Source: an uncultured Planctomycetia bacterium
GTDB taxonomy: Bacteria > Planctomycetota > MHYJ01 > WSZJ01 > CAZWCX01
Length of the DNA stretch: 64,000 nt
Reading direction: 5' to 3'
Assembly (NCBI GenBank): GCA_964632945.1
Contig: CAZWCX010000005.1
Span: 9,305-73,304, forward strand
The translations under genes and the position numbers were made by a program. The notes under the pieces were generated by a model. The model was given only the letters and a program-made list of their open reading frames with translations, searched no databases and was not told where the DNA came from. Positions 43,991 through 55,768 of the stretch are shown piece after piece; the stretch's first letter is position 1, and each line of letters opens with the position of its first letter.

Positions 43991-46927
43991 ATGACCTTCA
44001 GCTTTCTCAACCCCACCGCGCTGCTCCTGCTGGCGCTCCTGCCGGCGGTGTGGTTCCTCGTCCGGCACTCCCGCGCCGGGCTGGAGCCGGGACGCAAGAT
44101 CGCGTCGCTCGTGGTCCGCATGCTCATCGTCCTGCTGCTGGTCCTCGCGTTGGCCGAGATGCAGATGGTTCGGGAGACCGATCGGCTGGCGGTGATCTTC
44201 TGTTACGACAACTCGGAGAGCGTTCCGGCGGATCTCAAGCGATCCGCGACCGAGTACCTGAAGCAGAAGACCGCCGAGATGAAAAAGAACGACATGGCAG
44301 GGATGGTCGTCTTCGGCGGCGATGCGTCGATGGAGCTGTCGGCGACCAACCTGGTCGCGATCCGGCCGAATCCGAGCTCCGTGGTCGAAACCCGGGCGAC
44401 GAACATCAGCGCCGCCGTCCGCCTGGCCCTGGCGGCGTTCCCCGAAGGCACCCAGCGGCGGATGGTCCTGCTCACCGACGGCAATGAAAACCAGGGCACG
44501 GCGATGGCGGAGGCCGAAAATGCCCGGGTGAACGGCGTGAAGATCGACGTCCTCCCGCTCTCCTACGGACACGAGCGCGAGGTCTTGTTCGAGAGCATGG
44601 TCCTGCCGGCCCAGGTGCAGAAGAACGAGACCTTCGACGTCAAGATGGTGGTGAACGCGCTGCAGGACGGGAAGGGCCGGCTGCAACTGTTCGAGAACGG
44701 GGAACTCGTGGCCAACGAGGAAGTCGAGTTCAGCGCGGGCAAGAACGTCTTCGTGATCCCGCGCAAGATCGACGAGCCCGGGTTCAAGACGTACGAAGCC
44801 GTGATCACGACGGATCGGGCCGAGGACAGCGTTGCCGAGAACAACCGCGCGTACGCCTTCACCTACATCCAGGGCGAGCCGAAGGTGCTGTACATCGAGG
44901 CGGACGAGGCGGCCGCGGGGTATCTGATCGGCGCCCTGGAGCAGGAGAACATCCGCGTCGAGGCGCGCAATCTGGCCGGCTTGCCGACGTCGGTCGCCGA
45001 GCTGCAGAACTTCGATTCGCTCGTATTCTCGAATGTTCCCGCGTATGCCCTGTCGCGCGATCAGATGAAGATGATTGCCAGCGCCGTGCGCGATCTCGGG
45101 CTGGGCTTCGTCATGATCGGCGGGGACGAGAGCTTCGGGGCGGGGGGCTGGCAGGGGACCCCGATCGAGGAGATCCTGCCGGTTTCCATGGACATCCCGC
45201 AGCGCAAGGTGATGCCCAAGGGGGCCCTGGCGGTGATTCTTCACACCTGCGAGTTCGCCGACGGGAATACCTGGGCGAAGGAGATCGCCAAGGCGGCGCT
45301 CCACGCCCTCTCCAAGCACGACCTCTACGGCGTCCTGGTGTACGACATGCGCGGAGAGCGCTGGGCGATCCCGTTGGTGGAAGCGTCCGACAAGGCGCGC
45401 CTGGTGCGGGAGATCGACACTCTGAACCCGCTGGACATGCCCTCGTTCGACCCGACGCTCCAGCACGCCTACGCGGGTCTGAAGAACTGCAGCGCCGCGC
45501 TTCGCCACATCGTAATCATCTCCGACGGGGACCCGAGTCAGCCCTCCCCGGGCCTCGCCACCGCGATCGTCAACGCCAAGATCACGATCAGCACCGTCTG
45601 CATCAACCCGCACAGTCCGCGCGACTCGACCGTGATGCAGCAGTTGTCGATCTGGGGCAAGGGACGCCACTACGACGTGGTCAATCCCCGCCACCTCCCG
45701 CAGATCTTCGTCAAGGAGGCGGCGGTCATCCGCAAGTCGCTGATCTTCGAAGAGACGTTCATCCCCCGCACGGTCTACTTCTCCGAGGTGATCCGCGGCC
45801 TCGCCGCGGGCGAGATCCCCTCCCTGCACGGGTACGTGGCCACTTCCCCCAAGCCGCGGGCGGAAGTCCCCATGGTGAGCCCCAAGGAGGACGCCGACCC
45901 GATCCTGGCGCACTGGCGACACGGAATGGGCAAGACCGCCGCCTTCACGTCGGACGCGAAGAACCGCTGGGGGGCCAACTGGGTGACCTGGGCGAAGTAC
46001 GCCAAATTCTGGGGCCAGGTCGTGCGCTGGACCCTGCGCGAAACCGGTCGCGGCGATCTGCGGGTGGTCAGCCAGGTCCGCGACGGCCAAGGCGTCGTTA
46101 CGGTGGATGCGGTCGACCGCGAGGGGAAGTTCGTCAACTTCATGGAGATGCGGGCGCGCCTGGTGGATCCCGAGTTCGAGGGCCGGGATCTCCGCTTCGA
46201 GCAGACCGGTCCCGGCCGATATGAGGCCCGCTTCCCGGCCGACCAGGTCGGGCCGTACATGGTGAACATCGAGCATCAGGGCGAATCCGGCGTCAAGGGC
46301 CAGACCAGCCTCGGCGTCGCGGTCTCGTACGCCGCGGAGTACAAGGACGTGGATGCGAACGTCGCCTTGCTCACACGCCTGGCCGAATCCACCGGCGGGA
46401 GGCTCCTGACCCCGGCCGACGACGTCTTCCTGCACGACGCCACGCGCACCCGGGTGCCCCAGGACCTATGGCCGACGCTGCTTTGGCTGGCGGTTTTGCT
46501 TTTCCCACTCGACGTCTTCCTGCGCCGGGTCATGGTCGACATGAAGGAGGTCCGCAAGGCGCTGGAGAAGGTCGCGGCCCATCTGCCCCTGATCGGCGCG
46601 CGCTTCCGTAAGGAGCGGCCCGCCGTCGACCCGACCCTGTCCGCGCTGCTGGCCCGCAAGGAATCGCTGCGCAAGCAGGAGGCGGAACGCAAGGTCTTCC
46701 AGGCCAGCGAAGAGGAACTCAAGGAATCCCCGGCGATGCCGACCACCTTCGCGCCGAGCGTCGGCGCTCCGGGCAAGGCCCGTCCGGCCGAACCGGCCGC
46801 CCGCCGCGACAAGCCCGCCGAGGTCGCCAAAGCCGCCGGCGCGGAGGACGAGGACGGCTACACCAACCGGCTGCTCAAGGCCAAGAAGCGGGCCATGGAG
46901 GACATGAAGAAGAAGCCGGGAGAATAG
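43991..46927 (+). CDS. vWA-domain protein with glutamine-amidotransferase-like domain
   Basis: BatA-like N-terminal TM; MIDAS DNSES and LLTDGNEN; GLGFVMIGGDESFGAGG; a second, degenerate vWA domain. Confidence 0.88.
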   Translation: MTFSFLNPTALLLLALLPAVWFLVRHSRAGLEPGRKIASLVVRMLIVLLLVLALAEMQMVRETDRLAVIFCYDNSESVPADLKRSATEYLKQKTAEMKKNDMAGMVVFGGDASMELSATNLVAIRPNPSSVVETRATNISAAVRLALAAFPEGTQRRMVLLTDGNENQGTAMAEAENARVNGVKIDVLPLSYGHEREVLFESMVLPAQVQKNETFDVKMVVNALQDGKGRLQLFENGELVANEEVEFSAGKNVFVIPRKIDEPGFKTYEAVITTDRAEDSVAENNRAYAFTYIQGEPKVLYIEADEAAAGYLIGALEQENIRVEARNLAGLPTSVAELQNFDSLVFSNVPAYALSRDQMKMIASAVRDLGLGFVMIGGDESFGAGGWQGTPIEEILPVSMDIPQRKVMPKGALAVILHTCEFADGNTWAKEIAKAALHALSKHDLYGVLVYDMRGERWAIPLVEASDKARLVREIDTLNPLDMPSFDPTLQHAYAGLKNCSAALRHIVIISDGDPSQPSPGLATAIVNAKITISTVCINPHSPRDSTVMQQLSIWGKGRHYDVVNPRHLPQIFVKEAAVIRKSLIFEETFIPRTVYFSEVIRGLAAGEIPSLHGYVATSPKPRAEVPMVSPKEDADPILAHWRHGMGKTAAFTSDAKNRWGANWVTWAKYAKFWGQVVRWTLRETGRGDLRVVSQVRDGQGVVTVDAVDREGKFVNFMEMRARLVDPEFEGRDLRFEQTGPGRYEARFPADQVGPYMVNIEHQGESGVKGQTSLGVAVSYAAEYKDVDANVALLTRLAESTGGRLLTPADDVFLHDATRTRVPQDLWPTLLWLAVLLFPLDVFLRRVMVDMKEVRKALEKVAAHLPLIGARFRKERPAVDPTLSALLARKESLRKQEAERKVFQASEEELKESPAMPTTFAPSVGAPGKARPAEPAARRDKPAEVAKAAGAEDEDGYTNRLLKAKKRAMEDMKKKPGE

Positions 46928-46994
46928 CGGGGCGCCCGCGCCCCCGGAATTCCCTCACGATTCGTCGTTCGAAACCCTCTCGAGGAACGCCCGA

Positions 46995-48005
<1,011 letters not shown>

Positions 48006-48015
48006 CGGAGATACG

Positions 48016-48906
48016 ATGCCCACCAAGGCCACCGACCTGCTCGACGCCGACTTCATGGCGAAGCTGGACCAGCTCAACCTGGTCTCGCGCAAGATTTTCA
48101 CCGGGCGCATGAAGGGCGAGCGGCGGAGCAAGAAGAAGGGGTTCTCGGTCGAGTTCGCGGACTATCGCGACTACGCCCACGGCGACGACCTGCGGTTCAT
48201 CGACTGGAACGTGTACGGCCGGCTCGACCGGATCTTCATCAAGCTCTTCTACGAGGAAGAGGACCTCCACGTCTACGTGCTGGTCGACGCCAGCGATTCG
48301 ATGACGTTCGGCTCCCCGTCGAAATTCGACTACGCCCGGCGGGTGGCGGCCGCGCTCGGCTACATCGGCATCAGCAACCAGGACCGCGTGTCGGTCCAGG
48401 CCCTCTCCGCCGACGGGTTCCAGGTCTTCCCGCTCGCGCGCGGAAAGAAGATGGCCTGGCGCATGTTCGACTTCATCTCCGGCCTCAAGGCGGGCGGCGG
48501 AACCTCGCTCACGCGGAGCTGCAAGGAGTTCACCATCCGCAATCGCGGCAAGGGGATCCTCGTCATCCTCTCCGATTTCCTGGACAAGGACGGCTACGAG
48601 CAGGGGCTCAAGCAGTTCATGTACAATCACATGGACGTCTTCGTCCTTCACCTCCTGTCGCCCGAAGAGATCGACCCGCCGATGGTGGGCGACCTCCGCC
48701 TGATCGACGTCGAGGACGCCGACGTCGCGGAGGTCTCCGTCACCGCGGGACTCCTCGCCTCCTACAAGCGAAACCTGGCGGCCTACTGCCAGCGCCTCAA
48801 GGAGTTTTGCACCCATCACGGGTTCGCCTACCTGTTCACCAGCACCGCCGTGCCGTTCGACCAGCTGGTGCTGAACTACCTGCGCCAGGCCGGCATGTTC
48901 AAATAG
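48016..48906 (+). CDS. DUF58-domain protein
   Basis: SVEFADYRDYAHGDDLRFIDWN...LVDASDSM motifs; adjacent to moxR. Confidence 0.92.
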   Translation: MPTKATDLLDADFMAKLDQLNLVSRKIFTGRMKGERRSKKKGFSVEFADYRDYAHGDDLRFIDWNVYGRLDRIFIKLFYEEEDLHVYVLVDASDSMTFGSPSKFDYARRVAAALGYIGISNQDRVSVQALSADGFQVFPLARGKKMAWRMFDFISGLKAGGGTSLTRSCKEFTIRNRGKGILVILSDFLDKDGYEQGLKQFMYNHMDVFVLHLLSPEEIDPPMVGDLRLIDVEDADVAEVSVTAGLLASYKRNLAAYCQRLKEFCTHHGFAYLFTSTAVPFDQLVLNYLRQAGMFK

Positions 48907-48914
48907 GGAAGACG

Positions 48915-50783
48915 ATGGGCAATTTCCTCGACCCGGGAGCCTTCGCCCTGCTCGGGCTGCTGCCCGTCATCGTCCTGTTCTACATCCTGAAGCTGAAGCG
49001 GAAGGAGCATGTGATCGCGTCGACCTTCCTGTGGCGGAAGAGCATCGACGACCTGCGCGTGAACGCGCCGTTCCAGAAGCTGCGCCAGAACCTGCTCCTC
49101 TACCTGCAGCTCTTCTTCCTCGCGCTGGCCGTCTTCGCGATGGCGCGCCCGTTCCTCAAACTCCGCGGCTTCGAGGGGCAGAGCGTCATTCTGCTCTTCG
49201 ATACCTCCGCCAGCATGCTCGCCACCGACGTCGAGCCCACGCGGTTCGAAGCCGCCCGGCGCATGGCGATCGAGATGGTGGATGACATGAGCCGCGGCGA
49301 CAAGATGATGGTCATCACCTTCGACGCGAAGTCGGCGACGGTCTGCTCCCTGACCACCGATCGATCCCTCCTGCGCCGGGTGATCGGTTCCCTGGAGGCG
49401 CGCCAGACGCGCACCAGCATCCGCGAGGCGCTCACCATCGCCCAGGCCGCGGCGTCCGCGCAGGACAATCCGGAAATCGTGATCCTGAGCGACGGCGGCT
49501 TCCCCGACCTGCCCGCAAACCTCGACGTCAAGGCGCGCGTCAGCTACATCGCGGTCGGGAAACGCAGCCGCAACCTCGGTATCGTCGGTCTGGAGCCGCG
49601 CCGAAACGTGGACGTCGGCAACGAATACGAGGTCTTCTGCAAGGTCCAGAATTCGACGGAAACGGACTGGGCCGGCGTCGTGGAGTTCCACCTCAACGGA
49701 CAGCTTACCGACGCGAAAGAAATCAAGATCCCCAAGGGGGATCGCGGCAGCGTCCTGTTCAACCGGCCCGGCATCACCGACGGCGTCGTGCAGGCCCGTC
49801 TCCAGGGGGAAGACGATCTCTCCTGCGACGACCAGGCCTGGCTCGTGCTCGCGCCGGAGCGGAAAACCTCCGTCCTGCTCGTGACCTCCGGCGGGAACTA
49901 CTTCCTGGAGAAGGTGCTCGACAAGGATCCGACCCTGCGTGTGGAACGCGCCAGCCCTTCCACGTTCGAGTCGATCCCGGCCGGAGAGTTCGAGAAGTGG
50001 GACGTGTTCGTCTTCGACGGCGTGTCTCCCGAGCGGCTCCCCGCACAGGGACGGTTTCTATTCTTCCACGCCATCCCCAAGCTGCAGGGGTTCGAGGACG
50101 GCGGAGAACTTCCGTCCCCGACGGTGCTCGACTGGTCGCGCGCGCATCCGGCCAACCGGTTCGTCAACTTCGCGAACCTCGAGGTCATGAAGGCCCGATT
50201 GGTGAAGTACCCGAAGTGGGCGGAGCAGATCCTGGAGGCCGAGGGCGGGCCGCTGATTCTGTCGCTTGACCGGGAACTGACCCGGGCCCTGATCACCACC
50301 TTCGACGTGTTCGAAAGCGACTGGCCCCTTCGCCTGTCGTTCCCGATCTTCGTCGCCAACTCGATGCAGTGGCTGGGCGGACGCGACCGCATGTCCGCGG
50401 GGGAGCAGGTCCGGACCGGCGAGGTGTACTCGTTCATGCCCGATCGGGGCGCTCGCGAGGTCACCATCACGCTCCCGGGCGGGGAACCCGTGACCCTGCC
50501 GGTGGGGAGCGAGCGACGGTTGCTCTTCGGCGAGACTCGGCGCATCGGACTGTATGCCGTGAGCATCGCCGAACGACCCGACCGCTTTTTCGCCGCCAAC
50601 CTCCTGGATCCGAACGAGTCCGCCACCCTCCCGAAGGAGTCCTTCCGGGTCGGCGATCAATTGGTGAAGGGGACGAAGGAACCGGTGGAGGCCAACCGGG
50701 AGGTCTGGCATTGGCTCGCCATCCTCGCGCTCACCCTGCTGATGGCGGAGTGGTACATCTTCAATCGGCGGGTCTTCCTCTAG
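48915..50783 (+). CDS. BatA N-terminal plus vWA domain protein
   Basis: FLDPGAFALLGLLPVIVLFYILK, STFLW, MIDAS DTSASM, LSDG; C-terminal TM (WHWLAILALTLLMAEW). Confidence 0.9.
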   Translation: MGNFLDPGAFALLGLLPVIVLFYILKLKRKEHVIASTFLWRKSIDDLRVNAPFQKLRQNLLLYLQLFFLALAVFAMARPFLKLRGFEGQSVILLFDTSASMLATDVEPTRFEAARRMAIEMVDDMSRGDKMMVITFDAKSATVCSLTTDRSLLRRVIGSLEARQTRTSIREALTIAQAAASAQDNPEIVILSDGGFPDLPANLDVKARVSYIAVGKRSRNLGIVGLEPRRNVDVGNEYEVFCKVQNSTETDWAGVVEFHLNGQLTDAKEIKIPKGDRGSVLFNRPGITDGVVQARLQGEDDLSCDDQAWLVLAPERKTSVLLVTSGGNYFLEKVLDKDPTLRVERASPSTFESIPAGEFEKWDVFVFDGVSPERLPAQGRFLFFHAIPKLQGFEDGGELPSPTVLDWSRAHPANRFVNFANLEVMKARLVKYPKWAEQILEAEGGPLILSLDRELTRALITTFDVFESDWPLRLSFPIFVANSMQWLGGRDRMSAGEQVRTGEVYSFMPDRGAREVTITLPGGEPVTLPVGSERRLLFGETRRIGLYAVSIAERPDRFFAANLLDPNESATLPKESFRVGDQLVKGTKEPVEANREVWHWLAILALTLLMAEWYIFNRRVFL

Positions 50784-50817
50784 CCGACGCTCCGGCGCCC
50801 TCCCTGCGGGAAAAACC

Positions 50818-50845
50818 TTGATGGGAGCGGCCCCGCGGCTATAAT
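50818..50845 (+). promoter_or_regulatory. sigma70 promoter of tRNA-Gln
   Basis: TTGATG-N16-TATAAT, 19 nt upstream of the tRNA. Confidence 0.65.
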
Positions 50846-50864
50846 GGCCGTACTCGTCTCCTCT

Positions 50865-50935
50865 TGGGGCGTGGTGTAACGGTAGCACGACAGACTCTGG
50901 ATCTGTCTGTCTAGGTTCGAATCCTAGCGCCCCAG
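50865..50935 (+). tRNA. tRNA-Gln (anticodon CTG), CCA not encoded
   Basis: Acceptor stem TGGGGCG/CGCCCCA, anticodon arm ACAGA-CTCTGGA-TCTGT, T arm CTAGG-TTCGAAT-CCTAG. Confidence 0.95.
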
Positions 50936-51016
50936 CTTCCTGCCGACCCTGCGGGCTCCCGGCGCGGACCGCGCCCGGGAACCCGGGTCCGAACGCCCGT
51001 CGGACCGAGTTGCACC

Positions 51017-52906
51017 ATGGCCCTCCCCCCGAGTTCCCGCTCCGCCACCGGCCGAATCACCGTCCATGCGCGCGGATTCGGCTTCCTCGTGTGCGAGGAC
51101 GCCGGCGGGCGTCTCGATGCCTTCATTGCGCCGCCGGACCTGCAGCCGTTTCTGGCCGACGATCTGGCCGCGGCCACCGTCCGACAGGGGCAGGACGGCC
51201 GTTGGACTGCCGCAGACCTGCAGTTGGTCGAACGCCGGCGCGAACGGATCTTCGGGGAAGTCGTCTTCCGCCGCACGGCACCGTGGTTGCGTCCCGACCG
51301 GGAAGTGGGCAATACCGATCTAAGACTCGAAGCGCAGGGGGTCACGCTGCGCACCGGGGACGCGGTGATCGCGCGACCGACCCCGCAGGGCGCCGCAGTC
51401 GTCCGCGTGCTCGCTGCCGGGGAGGACCGGTCGCTGGCGCGAACGACGGCGCGTCACGACCTCCGGGAGGATTTCGAACCCGGCTGCCATGCGGAAGCCA
51501 GGCAGGTGGCCGGGCGCCCCCACGCGCTGGGGGCGCGCCGAGACCTGCGCGGGATCCCGCTGCTCACGGTCGACGCGGCCCACACCCGGGACATCGACGA
51601 CGCCGTCGCCGTCCTCCCGGCCGGGCCGGACGGAGCCCTGCGCCTGTTGGTGGCCATCTCCGACGTCGGGGCCTTCGTTCCCGAGGGTTCCGTGCTGGAT
51701 CTCGCCGCTCGTGACCGCGCCACGAGCGTCTACCTCGCCGGTCGCACGCTGCCCATGTTCCCCGAGGAACTCTCGGCCGGGTGGCTGAGTCTGAACCCGG
51801 GCGTGGACCGGGCCTGCCTCGCCGCAGAGTTGCGGCTGGACCCGGAAGGGACGGTGACGTCGGTCGACGTGTACGAGGGGCTGCTCCGCTCCCGGGCCCG
51901 GCTCGACTACACGGAGACGGCGGCGTTCCTCGACCGGGGCGTGATTTCGCCGGCGATGGGCCCGGTGGCGGAGGCGATGCCGTGGTTGCGGGCGGCCTCG
52001 GCGCGCCTGGCGATCGCGCGCCAACGGCGCGGCGGGGTGAAGATGTCGCGCGAGGAAACGCGGATCACGTTCGATGCCGGCAGCGGGGAGGCGACCGGTC
52101 TGGAAAGCGTGCGACCGACGAGCGCGCACGCCATGATCGAACGATTCATGGTGGCCGCCAACGAGGCGATGGCGCACTGGCTCGTCGACCGGGGCGTGGG
52201 AACGCTTTTTCGTTCCCATGCGCAGCCGAACGTCGAGCGGGTGCGGGATTTGGCGGACTTTGCGCGAAATTTCGGTTTCGCGGCCGGCTTCGCATCGTCG
52301 ATCACGCCCCTGGCGCTGGCCGCATTCGAAGCGCAGGTGACGGGGGCCGACTGCGAACCGGCCCTGCGGGCCGTTCTCCTGCGCTCGCTCGGGCCCGCCC
52401 AGTACGTCGGGACCGCGGCGCCCCACTTCGGCCTGGCCGCGGATCGGTATCTGCACTTCACCTCTCCGATCCGGCGCTACGCCGACCTGGTGGTGCACCG
52501 GACCGTAAAGGCCTACCTGCAGGGGGAACGGGAGTTCGCGGGGCGTGCGGAGGTTCTCGGGCGCCTGGCGGAACACGTCAACCGACGCGCCCGCGCGGCG
52601 TCGCGCGCGGAGGCGGACCGTCGCCGGACGCTGTTCGCGCGCCTCTTCGCGTCCCGGGTCGGCGAGGAGCTTCCCGCCCGGGTCGTCCAGGTGCGTCCCT
52701 TCGGGCTCATCGTGCAGCTCGACGGCACCTGGGTGGAGGGAGTGCTGCCTGCGGAGACGCTTCCCGACGGGCCCTACGCGATCGACGACCGCGAGACGGC
52801 GCTGAGGGGCGCGGCGCGGGAGTTCGCGATCGGAGTCCCGCTGCGGGTCCGCGTGGCCTCGAGCGATGAGGGCGCGGGGCGGATCGAGTTCGCGCTCGCG
52901 CCGTAG
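51017..52906 (+). CDS. RNB-domain exoribonuclease (RNase R/II family)
   Basis: Cold-shock-like HARGFGF, catalytic TVDAAHTRDIDDA, IERFMVAANE, HFTSPIRRYADL, C-terminal S1 domain. Confidence 0.92.
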   Translation: MALPPSSRSATGRITVHARGFGFLVCEDAGGRLDAFIAPPDLQPFLADDLAAATVRQGQDGRWTAADLQLVERRRERIFGEVVFRRTAPWLRPDREVGNTDLRLEAQGVTLRTGDAVIARPTPQGAAVVRVLAAGEDRSLARTTARHDLREDFEPGCHAEARQVAGRPHALGARRDLRGIPLLTVDAAHTRDIDDAVAVLPAGPDGALRLLVAISDVGAFVPEGSVLDLAARDRATSVYLAGRTLPMFPEELSAGWLSLNPGVDRACLAAELRLDPEGTVTSVDVYEGLLRSRARLDYTETAAFLDRGVISPAMGPVAEAMPWLRAASARLAIARQRRGGVKMSREETRITFDAGSGEATGLESVRPTSAHAMIERFMVAANEAMAHWLVDRGVGTLFRSHAQPNVERVRDLADFARNFGFAAGFASSITPLALAAFEAQVTGADCEPALRAVLLRSLGPAQYVGTAAPHFGLAADRYLHFTSPIRRYADLVVHRTVKAYLQGEREFAGRAEVLGRLAEHVNRRARAASRAEADRRRTLFARLFASRVGEELPARVVQVRPFGLIVQLDGTWVEGVLPAETLPDGPYAIDDRETALRGAAREFAIGVPLRVRVASSDEGAGRIEFALAP

Positions 52907-53024
52907 CCGGCCGGGCGGCATGGCGCGCAGCCGACCGGCCCCTTCGCGATCGCGGACCGGGTTCGGCCGCGGGGCGGACGAATCCGTCGCGCCTCTCCGC
53001 GGTCCCGATCGCGTGGAGGTCGGG

Positions 53025-54113
53025 TTACCTCGCCGCCCGGTGCTGCAGCAGGGCGCGCCAGGCTTCCGGATCCGCCGGCAGAGGGACGCCGGAAAGCAGC
53101 TTGAGCGCGCCGTGGGCAGCCGCCGCGACGTCCGGCTGCGCGTCGCCGAGAAGCTCCACCAATCGCGGCATGCCGTCTTTGTACTTCAAGAGCGCGCAGG
53201 CGATCGCGGCTTCCTGTCGGACCGACGGTTCGGCGTCGACGAGGAGGGCGGGCAGAAGGGGCTTGAGGCCCCGGTCCAGGTGCCAGCGCATCGCGCGCAC
53301 GGCGGCTGCGCGCAACGGCGGGCGGCCGGAATCGAGAAACGTTCGGACCAGCTCTCGCGTTCCGGCGCGATCCACCGCGGCGCATGCGAACAGGAGCCGG
53401 CCGGCCGGCTCCGGGTCGAGCGAGCGGATCAGGCTCGCGAGCGAAAAGTCCTCGCGATTCCGATTCCGCTCGTACCACCGGCCGATCCCTCGCAAGGAGG
53501 GTTCCGCGAGGAACGGGTCGTCGGCGGAGGCGAGCCGAAGCAGGCCGGCAAGGGCCTCCGCGGCATCGTGGACGCCGAGCGCCTCGGCGGCCGCCTGACG
53601 AACGACCACGATCGGATCGTCGGCGAGGTCGAGGAGGATCGGGACTCCCTCCGGATCCGCCGAATCCGCCAATCGCCGCACGAGAGCAAGTCGCGCCGCG
53701 GTGTCCTGAGAGCGGGCGATCTCTTCGTCCGCTCCCGGCCCGGAGTGCGCCGTCGCCCCGAACTCGGGTCGCGGCGGCGGGGAGCAGCGGTGGGTGGCCG
53801 ATCGCGCCGACCCGATCCGGCCATCGGCGGATCGGGATGCTGCACGCGTCACCGGCGCGTTGCGGGCCCCCATCCGAGGGACGGTGCGGGCCGGTGGATC
53901 GGAGGCGGGCTGCGCCTGGGGCACCACCTTCACCACGTCGGTCGCCGAAACGCTGATTCTTCCGAAATCGGTCGTGAGGGTCCAGACCCGGTCGGTCTTT
54001 TCAATCCCGCTCGCGTCCAGAATGCGCCCGTTGCTCAGGTGAACTTCATCCGCCGCCGCCGTGGAGAGGATCGCCGACGCCAACAGCGCCATCGATCCCG
54101 CGCAGAGTCTCAT
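53025..54113 (-). CDS. Secreted HEAT-repeat protein
   Basis: Signal peptide, DEVHLSNGRIL module, HEAT repeats (VRQAAAEALG, VRQEAAIACA). Start uncertain. Confidence 0.75.
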   Translation of the reverse strand: MRLCAGSMALLASAILSTAAADEVHLSNGRILDASGIEKTDRVWTLTTDFGRISVSATDVVKVVPQAQPASDPPARTVPRMGARNAPVTRAASRSADGRIGSARSATHRCSPPPRPEFGATAHSGPGADEEIARSQDTAARLALVRRLADSADPEGVPILLDLADDPIVVVRQAAAEALGVHDAAEALAGLLRLASADDPFLAEPSLRGIGRWYERNRNREDFSLASLIRSLDPEPAGRLLFACAAVDRAGTRELVRTFLDSGRPPLRAAAVRAMRWHLDRGLKPLLPALLVDAEPSVRQEAAIACALLKYKDGMPRLVELLGDAQPDVAAAAHGALKLLSGVPLPADPEAWRALLQHRAAR

Positions 54114-54150
54114 CGAAGTGGTCACGCCGAATCCTCCTCCCCCAGAATCC

Positions 54151-55737
54151 CTATTTGCCGTTCCCCTTGCCCTTGCCGCCGCCGACTTTGAATCCGCCCT
54201 GTCCGCCCGTGTCCGGACTGCTGCCATAGCCGTTTCCGGCTCCACCGGCGCTCGCCGGAGGTTCGCTGGACTGATAGGCCAACGCCTGCGCAGGGGGCGC
54301 ATAGGCGAGCAGGGGAGAGATCTCCATCCAGCCCTGCATCCGATACGTGGGCGGCGGCAGCATCATGTCCTCGATGAACCCGAGGAGTCCGGCCACTGCA
54401 CGATCGAGGTGGTTCTGGTTGAATTGAACGTGCACGTTGCCGTCGAAGTCGACCTCGGCGTAGCCGTCCTGCGACTGGCTTCCGTCGACGCCGACGCTGA
54501 CGCTGCCCAGAACGTTGAACACCCCCTGGGCGTTGGTGGCCTTGAATTGCGCGGTGCCGCCGAAGATGCCGACCCAACCGTGCATGTTCACGCCGCCGCT
54601 GCCGACCTCGAAGTGGGCGGTGTCGTTGGGCGCGGCGCCGGCCATCAGCATGACCGCGCCGTTGATCAGCGTGTTCGAGTTGCCGCTCGCCGAGGCGATC
54701 ACCAGGTCGGCCGCGGACCCGTCATTCCCCAGGGCGATCACGTTTCCCTGGATCGTGACCGTTCCGCCGTTGTTCAGGAACTTGGCCCCGCCGCCGCTCG
54801 CGCCCAGCAGGATGACCGTGCCGTCCCAATGGAACTGGTTGTTGTTGGTGACTTCCAGGCTCCCGCCCCGGATGACCAGGGTGCCCGAGCCGTTGATGTT
54901 GGAGTTCGCCTGCAGGGAAGCACCGTCGATGACCGTGATGCCGGGGCCCAGGGTGGTCGGCGTCGTGAAGTGGGTCGAACCCGGCCCGTAGACCCGGTTC
55001 GCCCCCGGAATCAACGAGGTCTCCGTCTTGTCGACCAGGCGCGTGCGCAGGAGCTCCAGCTTCTCCGCGTCCCACTCGGGCGTGGGCATCGGGAGGATCG
55101 GAACCTCGGCCGTCTCTCCGGTCGAGGCCGTGTAGCTCACGTCCGGCGTTCCTCGGAAGGTGTTTTCGCTCACCGCCCCGCTGACGATCTTCGGGATCAG
55201 GTCTTCCATGAGGGTGGTGTACGTATCCGGATCTTCCACTCCGACCGCCGGCAATCCCCCGGACATCCCGCTGATCAGGACGTTGCGATTGCTCGACGTC
55301 TCGGTATCGAGCGCCGAAGCGGAACCGGCGGGGCCGACGATGGTGATCGCGGCCCGATTCACCGGGATCGGCAACGCGGGAACGACGACCGTGCGCACCG
55401 CCCGCGAGAATTGCTGGTTTGAACCGACCGAGTCGACGATGAATCGGTCGTCGGCGCGAACCGCCCGGGCGTCGAAGGCGATGCCTCCCACCTGGCCGGT
55501 CACGTTTCCCGGGCCCCCCCGGTTCAGGTCCGCAATGGCCTCATGCAGCCCGGCCTCGGCCGCCATCAGCGCCTTCACGTTTTCGGAGGCCGTGAGAGAG
55601 TCGGTGCTGTGGGCCAGGGAGACGCCCATGAGGGCGGCGCTGAACGCGAGGAAGAGGACGGTGAGCATCACCGCGACGAGGAGGGCCGCCCCGTGCCGGG
55701 AGCCGGCGGTTCGATTCAGGAAACTGGGCGTGCGCAT
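54151..55737 (-). CDS. PilX-like minor pilin/pseudopilin with large beta-rich C-terminal domain
   Basis: RHG|AALLVAVML class III-like signal, ALMAAEAGLHEA PilX N-terminal motif, Gly/Asn-rich beta repeats. Confidence 0.8.
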   Translation of the reverse strand: MRTPSFLNRTAGSRHGAALLVAVMLTVLFLAFSAALMGVSLAHSTDSLTASENVKALMAAEAGLHEAIADLNRGGPGNVTGQVGGIAFDARAVRADDRFIVDSVGSNQQFSRAVRTVVVPALPIPVNRAAITIVGPAGSASALDTETSSNRNVLISGMSGGLPAVGVEDPDTYTTLMEDLIPKIVSGAVSENTFRGTPDVSYTASTGETAEVPILPMPTPEWDAEKLELLRTRLVDKTETSLIPGANRVYGPGSTHFTTPTTLGPGITVIDGASLQANSNINGSGTLVIRGGSLEVTNNNQFHWDGTVILLGASGGGAKFLNNGGTVTIQGNVIALGNDGSAADLVIASASGNSNTLINGAVMLMAGAAPNDTAHFEVGSGGVNMHGWVGIFGGTAQFKATNAQGVFNVLGSVSVGVDGSQSQDGYAEVDFDGNVHVQFNQNHLDRAVAGLLGFIEDMMLPPPTYRMQGWMEISPLLAYAPPAQALAYQSSEPPASAGGAGNGYGSSPDTGGQGGFKVGGGKGKGNGK

Positions 55738-55768
55738 GGTTCACTCCGCGAAAGGGTGAATCGGCCGT

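Noticed and set aside
50865-52906. tRNA-Gln as an integration site for a mobile element
   Set aside because: No integrase, no duplicated tRNA 3' end seen, and no composition shift downstream.
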